DNA from: a virus
Direction: 5' to 3' (one strand)
Length of the DNA: 64,000 bases
IMG/VR virus record: IMGVR_UViG_3300028920_002938
Coordinates: 2,891 to 66,890 of that record
The notes below the pieces were generated by a model. That model saw only the letters and a program-made list of their open reading frames with translations, ran no database searches and was not told the DNA's origin. Positions within the stretch are counted from its first letter, which is position 1; each line of letters starts with the position of its first letter. The position numbers and the translations under genes were made by a program. This document shows positions 32,483-41,785 of the stretch, piece by piece.

Positions 32483-32945
32483 ATTTCTTTAATTCTGACT
32501 CAGTGACTCCAGTGCCCTTTTGGGATTCTGTGATTAATTCAGTAATGAAGTTTTGTAGAGTAGAGAACGAAACTTTCTCATTCCAGAATTCTTCGTCTAA
32601 TGTTTCGTCTACTGAAAGTTTTGAAGCTATACCACTTAATCTCTCGTATATCTCAACCATTTTGATTAAAGCTTCTGGGTCTGCACTCCCTTCATACTTT
32701 GCAGCTTCTGCTGATAGCTTCATTATAGTAATCATTTCTTTATTAGTCGGTCGTCTTGCAAGAATAGTTCTATGAGTTTCTGATGAAGTATCAAATGATA
32801 CCTTAAGCAAGTCTGCATCATAGTCTCCTTCTATTTTAGACCTAGTAGAGATGAGTCTTGTTGCATCTTCCATTCTTTTCTCTTGTGTTGCTTTTCTCTT
32901 TTCTTGGAGTTGTTCCATCTTATTCTTTTTAGTTTCTTCAGACAT
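32472..32945 (-). CDS. Tail assembly chaperone (gpG-like)
   Basis: Follows the tail tube genes; acidic and helical; ends AAA TTT CGT AAA TAG; GGAGG RBS. Confidence 0.75.
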   Translation of the reverse strand: MSEETKKNKMEQLQEKRKATQEKRMEDATRLISTRSKIEGDYDADLLKVSFDTSSETHRTILARRPTNKEMITIMKLSAEAAKYEGSADPEALIKMVEIYERLSGIASKLSVDETLDEEFWNEKVSFSTLQNFITELITESQKGTGVTESELKKFRK

Positions 32946-32986
32946 AACGAACCTCCATTATAAAATAAAAAAATACATTAAAACAT

Positions 32987-33433
32987 TTAGTCTGATATTC
33001 TTACACCAGAACCTGCTACAGGTCTTTTTGTTATATTGTATGGATCCAGAACTGTAAAGTCTACTGAACCTTCTGTCACTGTACTAGCATCTCCTAGTGC
33101 TAAGTCGAATCCTGTAATTTGGCAAGATTTGAATACAAACCTTAAACTATGTGGTCCTGCACAACCAGAAATCTTAACTTTTGTACCGTTAATTAAAGCA
33201 CCAACTGTAGTTTCTGCTACTTCGTCAGCCCATTCTGCGTTTGTGAATGACCCTTCAATGGACATTGATCCTTGACTAAACGAATTACCAGCTTCACCTA
33301 ATAGTTCTTGTTCTACGGTACCTCTTGTTATACTAAGTGTAAAATTACCTAGTCCACAAGTTGTATGACTTTGACCACTAATCCAAATTTTTGCATTTTC
33401 ACCAGTATACGTTTTTGGGGTTACAGCTGCCAT
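32987..33433 (-). CDS. Tail tube protein paralogue 2
   Basis: TGENAKIWI..RGTVEQELLG..QGSMSIEGS..SCQITG.D..GDASTVTE.S.DFTVLDP; clearly paralogous to 33436..33870. Confidence 0.7.
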   Translation of the reverse strand: MAAVTPKTYTGENAKIWISGQSHTTCGLGNFTLSITRGTVEQELLGEAGNSFSQGSMSIEGSFTNAEWADEVAETTVGALINGTKVKISGCAGPHSLRFVFKSCQITGFDLALGDASTVTEGSVDFTVLDPYNITKRPVAGSGVRISD

Positions 33434-33435
33434 AT

Positions 33436-33870
33436 TTAATCACTCACCAATTCACTAGAATAAGTGACATTCTTCGGGTCCATAACTGTGAAATCGATTG
33501 AGGCTTCTGTAATTGTTGAAGCATCACCTATGTTGACATCGTAGCCAGTAACTTGGCATGATGCGAAACAAAACTTTAATGCACCAGTTCCGATACTACC
33601 TGATATCTTGATAACAGAACCATCTACGATACTGTCTAAGAATTCTGAGTTACCTGAAGCAGCAAATCTACAATTAGTTATGGAACCTTCAATACTTAAA
33701 GATCCTTGCGTAAAGTAGTTTCCAGCCTTACCAACTAACTCTTGTTCTACTGTCCCTCTTGTAAATGAGAAACTAATATCAGATACCCCGTATACAATAA
33801 TATCTTGTGACGCAGCACCAATGTATATGGTTGCATCTTCTCCTGTTAATAATGCCATATTATCTATCAC
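33436..33870 (-). CDS. Tail tube protein paralogue 1
   Basis: Directly after the tail terminator; TGEDATIYI..RGTVEQELVG..QGSLSIEGS; likely start MALLTG at 33858 after GGTGA. Confidence 0.7.
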   Translation of the reverse strand: MIDNMALLTGEDATIYIGAASQDIIVYGVSDISFSFTRGTVEQELVGKAGNYFTQGSLSIEGSITNCRFAASGNSEFLDSIVDGSVIKISGSIGTGALKFCFASCQVTGYDVNIGDASTITEASIDFTVMDPKNVTYSSELVSD

Positions 33871-33893
33871 CTATTTTTAAATTAAAACATACA

Positions 33894-34283
33894 TCATTTA
33901 TTATAAATATCATATTTGTTCCATCTTGTCATTTTTCTATTAGCAGATAATTTATCATCCCAGATATCTGTATCTGTAAGTTTTTGGTATCCAGATGATA
34001 TCATAGTCTTAGTTAATTGTGTTAATATATCATAATTCTGTTTTAGACTTTGTCTCGAGTATATATCAATTTGTACACCAAAATCTTCTGCTATTTGTCC
34101 TGAAGCAACTAAGTATCCTAATCTACCTACTGCATTACCACCTATTTGTATAATAGTTATACAAGGATATCCCTGTATTTCATTTTGCCATCCTAACTTT
34201 ACATTACTAGCTGATACATGAGCAGTTATATTAGGAGTAGTAGTTATTGTATCGTATAGACTCTTAAGATGTTGATATGACAT
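33894..34283 (-). CDS. Tail terminator/completion protein
   Basis: YPCITI and VQIDIYS motifs; size and position fit. Confidence 0.7.
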   Translation of the reverse strand: MSYQHLKSLYDTITTTPNITAHVSASNVKLGWQNEIQGYPCITIIQIGGNAVGRLGYLVASGQIAEDFGVQIDIYSRQSLKQNYDILTQLTKTMISSGYQKLTDTDIWDDKLSANRKMTRWNKYDIYNK

Positions 34284-34284
34284 A

Positions 34285-34764
34285 TTATCTAATTAATCCA
34301 TTTACACGTGTTCCAACATATCTTTTTAAGTTTCTTGCCCATCTATCTCTTTGATAATATAATGCATCACCAAGAAAATGTTTTGGCTCTTGTCCTCTAA
34401 CTTCCTCTACTAATACATCCTTACCAAGATATAGATAGTTTCCTTTCTTTGGTTTTATTGGAGTTCTAGAACCACACTCTACTGGAGCTGCGTGTTCTGA
34501 CCTATTCCATAGCTTCCACTGTACATAGCCTTCACTAACTCCAATCTTCTCATAGTCCCACAAGTCTAAATTATCTGTTAATTTATCTTGTGGTTGTCCG
34601 TGTGATGTAGTTTCTCCTATTAAATTATTTCTTAAATTTTCCATTGCTGTATCTACAACATCACTCATAAGTTCTTGTATTGAATCACTAACCATATACT
34701 TAAACCCAACTCTAAGCTTTTTAAATCTATATAAAGACGGGTCTAATCCAGTTATCTTTATCAT
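34285..34764 (-). CDS. HK97 gp10-like neck protein
   Basis: HAAPVECGS..IKPK..YL..V.EVRGQEPKHFL motif. Confidence 0.75.
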   Translation of the reverse strand: MIKITGLDPSLYRFKKLRVGFKYMVSDSIQELMSDVVDTAMENLRNNLIGETTSHGQPQDKLTDNLDLWDYEKIGVSEGYVQWKLWNRSEHAAPVECGSRTPIKPKKGNYLYLGKDVLVEEVRGQEPKHFLGDALYYQRDRWARNLKRYVGTRVNGLIR

Positions 34765-35087
34765 TTTATACCTAGTAAAGTTTTTCTAACATATCCACTT
34801 GAATCGTCATATACTTCTCTAACTCTATATGTATTTCCACCGTAATGTATTTCATCATCAGTAGTTATCGCTTGGCTACTAAGAAAATAACCATTGAATT
34901 TGACATCCTCAAACTCACCAGGTAGTTCTCTTAATTGTTCTGCACTTACTGGAACCAATCTACATTTTATTCCAGATGTATCAAATGTCATAGTTACTAC
35001 ATCCTCACCTAATGCATTCGAAGATATAGTCTGCGTATACCGTGCTACAGTCTTGTTTAGCAAAGACTCATAATAACTTTCTGTCAT
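34761..35087 (-). CDS. Head closure (SPP1 gp16-like) protein
   Basis: NALGEDV..IKCRL..ITTDDEI.YGGNTYRVREV pattern; position. Confidence 0.7.
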   Translation of the reverse strand: MTESYYESLLNKTVARYTQTISSNALGEDVVTMTFDTSGIKCRLVPVSAEQLRELPGEFEDVKFNGYFLSSQAITTDDEIHYGGNTYRVREVYDDSSGYVRKTLLGIK

Positions 35088-35338
35088 TTTTTCTCTAAAT
35101 ATTCTTTATGAACTAATCTATGACATCTCTTACATAGTGTTTGTAAGTTATTCCAAGTATGTTTACCACCATACTTAACTGGAACAATATGATGACAGTG
35201 TGGTGCCCTATTTCCACCACCTATCCTACATTTAACTCCACACATTTGACATATGTAGTTATCTCTATTAAATATAGCAAACCTTAATTTATTCCAGTTC
35301 TGTGGATATAATTTACTAGGTCTCTTATATCTACTCAT
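35084..35338 (-). CDS. HNH endonuclease
   Basis: RDNYICQMCG..HCHHIVPVKYGG.HTWNNLQTLCKRCH. Confidence 0.92.
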   Translation of the reverse strand: MSRYKRPSKLYPQNWNKLRFAIFNRDNYICQMCGVKCRIGGGNRAPHCHHIVPVKYGGKHTWNNLQTLCKRCHRLVHKEYLEKK

Positions 35339-35744
35339 TAGCTAGTACAATACGCCACCTATTCTTTCCCCTAGAATATAACATATCTTCAGCCATTTGC
35401 TCCCATGATTTAGCTGATTCTGTAGCTGAAACGTGTTGTCCTCTTCCAGAATGAGCATATGTTACTTTATAGTCGCCTAGAGATAAAGACTCAACTATTC
35501 CATATTTCTTAATGAGACTGGGATTACCCTTAATTATCTTTGACATTACTATTAGTAATGCAGGTATTCTACCTTCAGCAACGGGAACACTAGTATCATT
35601 ATAATATGTTGCTTTGATATAATCTTCGACAGCTTCTATCTTAAGTAGTAACTCTGCTTTTGTCACATCATTGTAACTTAATGGAGGTGTAAAAGCATTT
35701 CTTACCTCATACTCCCTAACTAGGCTTGGATTATAATCAACCAT
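35331..35744 (-). CDS. Head-tail adaptor protein
   Basis: Position after the capsid gene; VESLSLGDYKVTY motif. Confidence 0.65.
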   Translation of the reverse strand: MVDYNPSLVREYEVRNAFTPPLSYNDVTKAELLLKIEAVEDYIKATYYNDTSVPVAEGRIPALLIVMSKIIKGNPSLIKKYGIVESLSLGDYKVTYAHSGRGQHVSATESAKSWEQMAEDMLYSRGKNRWRIVLANE

Positions 35745-36007
35745 TATTCTTCCTCTCCTTCTCCTAATCCATATTGAGGTATTTTTCTTCTATCTACCTT
35801 TCTAGAGCTTCTATCTGCTGGTATTGGTATATTATCAAAGATATATATTTTATCTTCATCAGTTCTACCACCACCCTGATCATCTTCAGTTATGTCAGCT
35901 TTTATTCTATCTGCAGCAGATAACTTGTTTCTATCCAATAATCCTTTTTCTCTGAGTTTTTGGTAGGTTTTAGTTAGTTTAAATTGATTTCCTCTACCAT
36001 GTAACAT
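35744..36007 (-). CDS. Hypothetical protein
   Basis: 87 aa ORF coupled to the adaptor gene. Confidence 0.6.
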   Translation of the reverse strand: MLHGRGNQFKLTKTYQKLREKGLLDRNKLSAADRIKADITEDDQGGGRTDEDKIYIFDNIPIPADRSSRKVDRRKIPQYGLGEGEEE

Positions 36008-36050
36008 ATCTTTATCTCTCTAATTTTATGTTAACATAAGGACATACATT

Positions 36051-36087
36051 AAAAAATAAAGATGTGATATTTTGGAAATATCCCATC
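36051..36087 (-). terminator. Hairpin plus T-tract downstream of the capsid gene
   Basis: Minus strand GATG-G-GATATTT-CCA-AAATATC-A-CATC followed by TTTATTTTTT. Confidence 0.55.
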
Positions 36088-36092
36088 ATCAT

Positions 36093-37073
36093 TTAGTGTT
36101 CAATTATGCATGCTTTCTCTGGCTGAACTGTTTTCACACCATATCTCATAGTAGCTGCTAAGCCAATCAAGTCGTGAATTGGATCGTCATACTGTTCTAC
36201 TGTGATATCACGTCTCATTCCTATGAAACAGAATGATGGGTCGCAAATCAATGCATGTACATCGTGTTGTGTATCATTTCCACTATTCCACTTGTATGTT
36301 CCAGTTGTCCAACCATCTACAGTTAGTCTGTGTAGTTTTAGTCCGAATATCTTACCAACATCATAATTCCTCAATGCAGCATCACTACCAGCCATATGAG
36401 CTTGTAGTAAATTATTTGAAGAAATTAATAGGTTTTCTGCAAATGGAGTCATTATCATATCAGTTGGAATCCAATCTCTGTTAAGTATCTCTTTTATACC
36501 TGTAAGCATATTTGCTAGTGTGAATCCTGCTCCTGCATCTACAGTAGCGATTTGACTATATGTAGACTTGTCTGTTGCCTCATTGATTACATCATAGTTT
36601 AGTTTGTGTTCAATCTTTTGTCCTGCTCTCATTAACTCAAATTCTACCATATCCCATAGACCATCTTCAATCATCTCATTTGTAATGAGAGGTCGTGTAC
36701 CGACTTTCTTGATTTTCAAGTCACAGGTATGGAAAGTCTCTGTGTCAATTGGTATAGCTGCTCCTTCTGCTACATCAACTGCTTTTCCTAGATTACCACT
36801 CTCTTTGGTAATTCTGATTTGGTATGTGTTAGTCTTAACAATTGGAAACACTTGCCTTACGCATTGTAATGGCTTTGAACCTTCTAGAATTGTATTGTAT
36901 ACTTCCTCTTGAAGTAAGGTATCAGATTCTAATCCCTCACTCATCAAAAGTTCTTTTCGTTCTTTTGGTAGAGTATCTAATACAACTGTTTTGAAGCTCT
37001 CGGTGTTTGCGAGTTTCTTCCTTTCTACGTTGCCAGCATAAGCATACTCAAGCATTTTTGTTAGTTTAGACAT
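36093..37073 (-). CDS. Major capsid protein (HK97 fold), copy A
   Basis: VAEGAAIP..KKVGTRPLITNEMIEDG.WD..GMRRDITVE..MRYGVK; follows protease-scaffold and decoration genes; GGTGA RBS. Confidence 0.9.
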   Translation of the reverse strand: MSKLTKMLEYAYAGNVERKKLANTESFKTVVLDTLPKERKELLMSEGLESDTLLQEEVYNTILEGSKPLQCVRQVFPIVKTNTYQIRITKESGNLGKAVDVAEGAAIPIDTETFHTCDLKIKKVGTRPLITNEMIEDGLWDMVEFELMRAGQKIEHKLNYDVINEATDKSTYSQIATVDAGAGFTLANMLTGIKEILNRDWIPTDMIMTPFAENLLISSNNLLQAHMAGSDAALRNYDVGKIFGLKLHRLTVDGWTTGTYKWNSGNDTQHDVHALICDPSFCFIGMRRDITVEQYDDPIHDLIGLAATMRYGVKTVQPEKACIIEH

Positions 37074-37135
37074 ATTGTCACCTAAATTATTTTCAACATA
37101 ATAAGAACATACATAGTATCATTATAATAATGAAT

Positions 37136-37558
37136 TTAAATTAATAGTGCTTTACCATAGGCACCGTCTGTAATATCCTGTAATGCAATAGCTTGTATAT
37201 TTGCACCAGAACTTCTAGCGAGTAAAGCTCGTCTGAAGAAACCTTTTGGATATGCACAAAGTGCCATTCCAGCTTTTACCGCACCAGAAACTCTAACCCT
37301 AACTTTGTTTCCTGGTCCAGCAACTGCAACCATGTCATTATGAGCTGCAGGATATAAAGCAACACCAACATAACCTGCGTCCCAAGTGTATTGGCATTTC
37401 TTAGCGCAAACTCTTACCGCTTCTGTAGCACCAGAACAACAAACAGCCTCTCCACCCTTAATAGCACCAGAAGCCTTGTAATTCATAGTAAATGTGCCTT
37501 CTTCAACTAATACTGGGTCGTTAGCAATTGCTGTAAATGTCATTGCCATATATATCAC
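37136..37558 (-). CDS. Capsid decoration/cement protein (DUF2190-like)
   Basis: ASGAIKGGEAV..VGVAL..V.V..SGAVKAG..AIALQ pattern; immediately upstream of the capsid gene. Confidence 0.7.
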   Translation of the reverse strand: MIYMAMTFTAIANDPVLVEEGTFTMNYKASGAIKGGEAVCCSGATEAVRVCAKKCQYTWDAGYVGVALYPAAHNDMVAVAGPGNKVRVRVSGAVKAGMALCAYPKGFFRRALLARSSGANIQAIALQDITDGAYGKALLI

Positions 37559-37607
37559 TCCAATTATTTATAACTTCTTGAAATAAATAAAAACATTGTT
37601 AGATGGA

Positions 37608-39104
37608 TTAACTTCTATATACTCGTCCATGTCTTTTGTCTACAATAATACCAGTGTCTTTTTGATAAGTAACTTCTTCTTCTTTCTTAGTCTTTGGTTT
37701 TTCTTCCGTTTCTTCTAGTTTCTTGACTTGTTCTTTGAGTTTTTTGATTTCATCCTTGAAACCATCAATTGCTTCGTCTCTTGCTTTTAAAGCCATCTCA
37801 ACTTCTTTGTCAGATTCTTCCACAGTTTCTTCCTCTTTAGGTTCTTCTGTTTCTGGTTCCTTTTCCTCTAGTTCTTTTTCGTGTAGTGACTTTAGTGTTT
37901 CTGTAATGGTTTCTTTTATTGTTTCTATGATATCTGACTTTGTAAGAATATCTTCTGTTGGAATATCCTCTGGCTCTGATTTTTCTTCAGTCTCTGGTTC
38001 TTCTTCTTCTTCTTCGTCATCTTCGTCTTCAGCCTCAACTTTTGGCTCTTCTTCGTCTGATTTCTTAATCTCTTCTGGATTGCAATCTTTGCACTCTTCA
38101 TCTTCTGATTTCTTAACGACTGGTTTATTTTCTTTCTTTTTCATGTCTTTCATATAATTTTCTAACATTTCTACTTCACATTTGTTTATTATTTTAAAGC
38201 CCGAATCCTTATTTACAGGATTTGAACAAACAGAAATCTCAAATAGATTTATCTTATCAATAACTTTGATACATTTATCATCGTCACATTCTTCATGATC
38301 TTCTATAATTTCTCCACCTATTGAGAATCCTCTAATCTCACCATCTTCAATTTTCTTCCATACTTCCTTTGCAATCTCTAAGTCATATCTTATTTCTGCT
38401 ACTATGAATAATCCATTGTCGTCAACGTGTGTTTCTAACCCACCATATTTGTTTATGATTTTACCTATTTGAATATTTTTGTGAACAAGCATTATGTTTG
38501 CATATGATTCGTCAGTTATTAATGTCTCTAGTCCATCTTTTAATACTGCTGGAGGTATATATTCATTTTCTGTATCTACAACTGCTAGAGAAGCATACCC
38601 AGCAATTATCTTTCTATCATCTGTCTTACTTAATAAATTAATATTTCCAAATAAGTCAATATGTATATGTTTTTTATTTATATTTAGTTCTTCACCAGTT
38701 TTACTTGATGTCATTGTTCTTATTCCACGAATGAAATTTTCTATTGGTATGAATGAATTATTGATTGTGAAACTTAATAATGAATTTTCTTTATTCTCAC
38801 CAACAAGAGAAGATCCACATTCTGGACAAGTCTTTTCATTACAAGGAACTCCCTTTTCGTGTTCGGTTTTATATCCACACTCTGGACAAACGCAATAGTC
38901 GGCTCCACCATCACCTTGTCTGTCTCCATCTTGTCCTTGCCCGTCACCTCTTGCCTTCTCTTTAGCTCCTGGGTGTTTCTTTCTCCACATACTATAACAC
39001 ATAGCCACAGCCTGATCTTTTGGATAACCCTCACTTACGTAAACAGGGACACACCTCTTTATAAAATCAGACTTACTCTCATCTTCTTTTGGCGGACTTG
39101 GCAT
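37608..39104 (-). CDS. HK97-type prohead protease fused to an acidic coiled-coil scaffold, with N-terminal extra domains including a Zn ribbon
   Basis: [47 protein letters not shown]; Glu-rich C-terminal half. Confidence 0.88.
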   Translation of the reverse strand: MPSPPKEDESKSDFIKRCVPVYVSEGYPKDQAVAMCYSMWRKKHPGAKEKARGDGQGQDGDRQGDGGADYCVCPECGYKTEHEKGVPCNEKTCPECGSSLVGENKENSLLSFTINNSFIPIENFIRGIRTMTSSKTGEELNINKKHIHIDLFGNINLLSKTDDRKIIAGYASLAVVDTENEYIPPAVLKDGLETLITDESYANIMLVHKNIQIGKIINKYGGLETHVDDNGLFIVAEIRYDLEIAKEVWKKIEDGEIRGFSIGGEIIEDHEECDDDKCIKVIDKINLFEISVCSNPVNKDSGFKIINKCEVEMLENYMKDMKKKENKPVVKKSEDEECKDCNPEEIKKSDEEEPKVEAEDEDDEEEEEEPETEEKSEPEDIPTEDILTKSDIIETIKETITETLKSLHEKELEEKEPETEEPKEEETVEESDKEVEMALKARDEAIDGFKDEIKKLKEQVKKLEETEEKPKTKKEEEVTYQKDTGIIVDKRHGRVYRS

Positions 39105-39331
39105 TACTTAATCCCTCCTACAATTGCAATTATTAAACCTAATATAGTTACCATAATTCCAACGAAATATTTCCAGCTCTTAAGATTGGTTTCTAGTATT
39201 GTTAGTCTTTCTTGTGTATGCATTGTGTGGTTTGTTAGTAATAACTCAATTTTCTCATATCTTTCATTGAGTGATTTGAGTTCTGCTAGAACATACTTAC
39301 TCCATTCAGTCCAACTATTACTCGCATCCAT
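39104..39331 (-). CDS. Small coiled-coil protein with C-terminal TM helix (holin/XhlA-like)
   Basis: ERLTILET coiled coil followed by [19 protein letters not shown]. Confidence 0.55.
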   Translation of the reverse strand: MDASNSWTEWSKYVLAELKSLNERYEKIELLLTNHTMHTQERLTILETNLKSWKYFVGIMVTILGLIIAIVGGIK

Positions 39332-39752
39332 TCTTACTACTCCATATCTCTATAATTGCACATACTCCATTTACCCTTAGTGGTAATATAACGACATCAA
39401 ATATTTCTCCAGACCAAGGACTTTTAATATCATTAAATATATTAATCTTGGATTTATCTGACCATATATTGTCACAATGATTTTGTAATGGACATTTATT
39501 ATTTATCCCAGAACATTTCTTGAATATTAAATCACTTGTATCTATATTGGTGCATTTTTTTAATCTTTCAATTAATCTGTTATTTAGGAATATTACTGTC
39601 TTATCTTCTCTAACAATTGCTACACAAACATTAAGTGTATCAAAGAAGTTACACATACATCGAAATACTTGATGTGGGTGTGTTGGATTATCTATACTAT
39701 TAGATAGCTCTTCTGTAAGAACCTCTAATCTCTTGAGTCTTTCATTCATCAT
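39318..39752 (-). CDS. Stand-alone PAS-like domain protein
   Basis: FFDTLNVCVAIVREDKTVIFLN..DLIFKKC...CPL..GEIFDVVILPL..GVCAIIEIW matches the PAS strand/helix pattern. Confidence 0.6.
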   Translation of the reverse strand: MMNERLKRLEVLTEELSNSIDNPTHPHQVFRCMCNFFDTLNVCVAIVREDKTVIFLNNRLIERLKKCTNIDTSDLIFKKCSGINNKCPLQNHCDNIWSDKSKINIFNDIKSPWSGEIFDVVILPLRVNGVCAIIEIWSSKNGCE

Positions 39753-39774
39753 ATCAATAAATAGACATACATCA

Positions 39775-40737
39775 CTACTTACTTAATATCCTAACAGCGG
39801 CTTGACTATTAATAACTTTAACTCCAAATCTCATTGAAGCCACTAATTTGGTTAAATCAAATGCAGGGTCTTTTATATTACTCTCAATTTTTATGTCTTG
39901 TCTCATACCTATAACAGCATAATTATCTGAATCAATAACCATTCCATAATAGTGATTTGCTGAGTCAGTTGCATCCCAATAACTTGTAGCACCAACCTCT
40001 AATGGAGTCATTAATTCATACACTTCAACTCCACAAATATCATCTCCAGTATTTGGTGTTATTCCTAATTCTGTAGAACCACTAACACTAGATTTAGATA
40101 ATAGATATCTAATAGCTGTTGGGTAACCTATGAATGACATTCTACTATTACCCCAATATAGTTTCTTTAGATATTCACGAGCTAAAGCTATGTCATATGT
40201 AGTTATGTGTGATTCTGCTGGATCTATATCTGCTGGTTTAGTAGCATGATGACCATCTAGTAACTGAGTCATACCAACCTTATTAAGAGTGTTTTCTAGT
40301 AGTGCTCCTGCTCTCTGAACTAATATTTCAATTATATCCCATTGTCCATCTTCTATTAGCTCGTGGGTAATTGGAATTGACGTAGCATATTTGTTTATTT
40401 CCACAGTTCCAGAAGCGAATGTAGCTTTCATAGTTGGAAATGCTGCACCTTCAGAAACCTTATCTACACACCCACTAGGGGATATCATAGACGGAACAAC
40501 CGCTCTGTACTCATTTACATCTATTGTTGGAATTAATTTCCTTATGACTGATCTCTTTTCTGCTCCTACATGTAATGCATTTTCTAACTCAATATTGAGT
40601 AGATTATCACTACCTGTTCCTTCTTCAGATAATAGGAGTTGCTTAATGTCTTTAGGGAAATTTGATTGATTCAATATCTCTTTTCTCTCATTATCTCCTG
40701 CATAGGTATATTCTAGTACTTTTGCTAATTTTCCCAT
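39775..40737 (-). CDS. Major-capsid-like protein (HK97 fold), copy B
   Basis: Co-linear with 36093..37073: KLAKVLEYTYAG, VSEGAAFP, ITHELIEDGQWD, IGMRQDIKIE, MRFGVK. Confidence 0.87.
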   Translation of the reverse strand: MGKLAKVLEYTYAGDNERKEILNQSNFPKDIKQLLLSEEGTGSDNLLNIELENALHVGAEKRSVIRKLIPTIDVNEYRAVVPSMISPSGCVDKVSEGAAFPTMKATFASGTVEINKYATSIPITHELIEDGQWDIIEILVQRAGALLENTLNKVGMTQLLDGHHATKPADIDPAESHITTYDIALAREYLKKLYWGNSRMSFIGYPTAIRYLLSKSSVSGSTELGITPNTGDDICGVEVYELMTPLEVGATSYWDATDSANHYYGMVIDSDNYAVIGMRQDIKIESNIKDPAFDLTKLVASMRFGVKVINSQAAVRILSK

Positions 40738-40766
40738 ATTTTCTCATTATATTAAACATTATAACA

Positions 40767-41114
40767 TTACTTTCTTAAATCTTTTATATTTCTTGTGTTT
40801 TTTGATATATCAGTTATATGAGCATGCCAATGATCTGTTATTTTTCTTCTATTTGTTCTTAACTTTATTCCATTTCCAAATAAAGTTCGACTTCTATATA
40901 GTATTCTCCCCCATTGCTCACGACCGATTTCTGTAACATGATCTGCAACCACAACCATTGGTGTTTTACAAGTAAGACAATCTACTATTACAAAATCATC
41001 TTCATTTAATATTTCATCCTTTTCAGGATAATATAATTTAGTTTTTATATTTAATTTAGTGAAGATATCACAAAGAGGACATCCATCAACTCTAAATGTT
41101 TTGACTCCCTTCAT
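40767..41114 (-). CDS. HIT-family (histidine triad) protein
   Basis: N-terminal CPLC and C-terminal HWHAHI (HxHxHx); ATG at 41114 after GGTGA. Confidence 0.65.
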   Translation of the reverse strand: MKGVKTFRVDGCPLCDIFTKLNIKTKLYYPEKDEILNEDDFVIVDCLTCKTPMVVVADHVTEIGREQWGRILYRSRTLFGNGIKLRTNRRKITDHWHAHITDISKNTRNIKDLRK

Positions 41115-41262
41115 TTGAATCACCCAAGTACTTTACTGTCTTATCCCCTTTCTTCATAACTAAATAGTTCTTTAGTCTTATTCCCTTATTAAAGGTACAC
41201 TTTTCACAATATATACCATAGTTTTGGCATACGTTTGCAAATTCACAAATAACTTCACTCAT
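41092..41262 (-). CDS. Small Cys-rich protein (56 aa, not in ORF track)
   Basis: MSEVICEFANVCQNYGIYCEKCTFNKG...; fills the gap and overlaps both neighbours. Confidence 0.55.
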   Translation of the reverse strand: MSEVICEFANVCQNYGIYCEKCTFNKGIRLKNYLVMKKGDKTVKYLGDSNEGSQNI

Positions 41263-41785
41263 ATAAAAACTCTGGTGGTTTAGGTCCTTCCTCTGATATT
41301 AATGCATCCTTACACGCTGGTGCAGTAACCACAGCAAGTCCAATATATTCCATATCTTTAACATACCTATTATCTCCTTTATCCCAAGCATCTTCTGTCA
41401 TAATCTCAACAGATAGCCAATTTATTAAACCCTTATCTATTAGACGTATTGTATCTCTTGCATTTTCAGTAATGGGATGGATATATAAATCTCCTTTTAC
41501 CTTACCATCATCGTAGTAGACATTTTCTACTGTACCTATCCTATCTAATACTCCGTGAGAGTGATCTATATTAAGATAATTAGATTGCCATACATTTGCT
41601 GTTCTTTCTAACACATCTCTATTATAGGCAACTCCTTCTCTAGTGAGTGAGTCAGAGAAAACTCCTTCACTAAGTAATGTGACATCCCGATATATTCTAA
41701 CATCAGTAGTTTTACCTATAAGTCTTTTATTATATTTAAACTCTACATATGGTGTATGGAGAGTTTTTATTTGTTTCTTACTCAT
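41255..41785 (-). CDS. Second prohead protease-like protein (Mu gpI/DUF2213-like)
   Basis: LLSEGVF..LNIDH..IGTV..GDL..WLSVE..GLAVVTAPAC; directly after the portal gene. Confidence 0.7.
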   Translation of the reverse strand: MSKKQIKTLHTPYVEFKYNKRLIGKTTDVRIYRDVTLLSEGVFSDSLTREGVAYNRDVLERTANVWQSNYLNIDHSHGVLDRIGTVENVYYDDGKVKGDLYIHPITENARDTIRLIDKGLINWLSVEIMTEDAWDKGDNRYVKDMEYIGLAVVTAPACKDALISEEGPKPPEFLYE

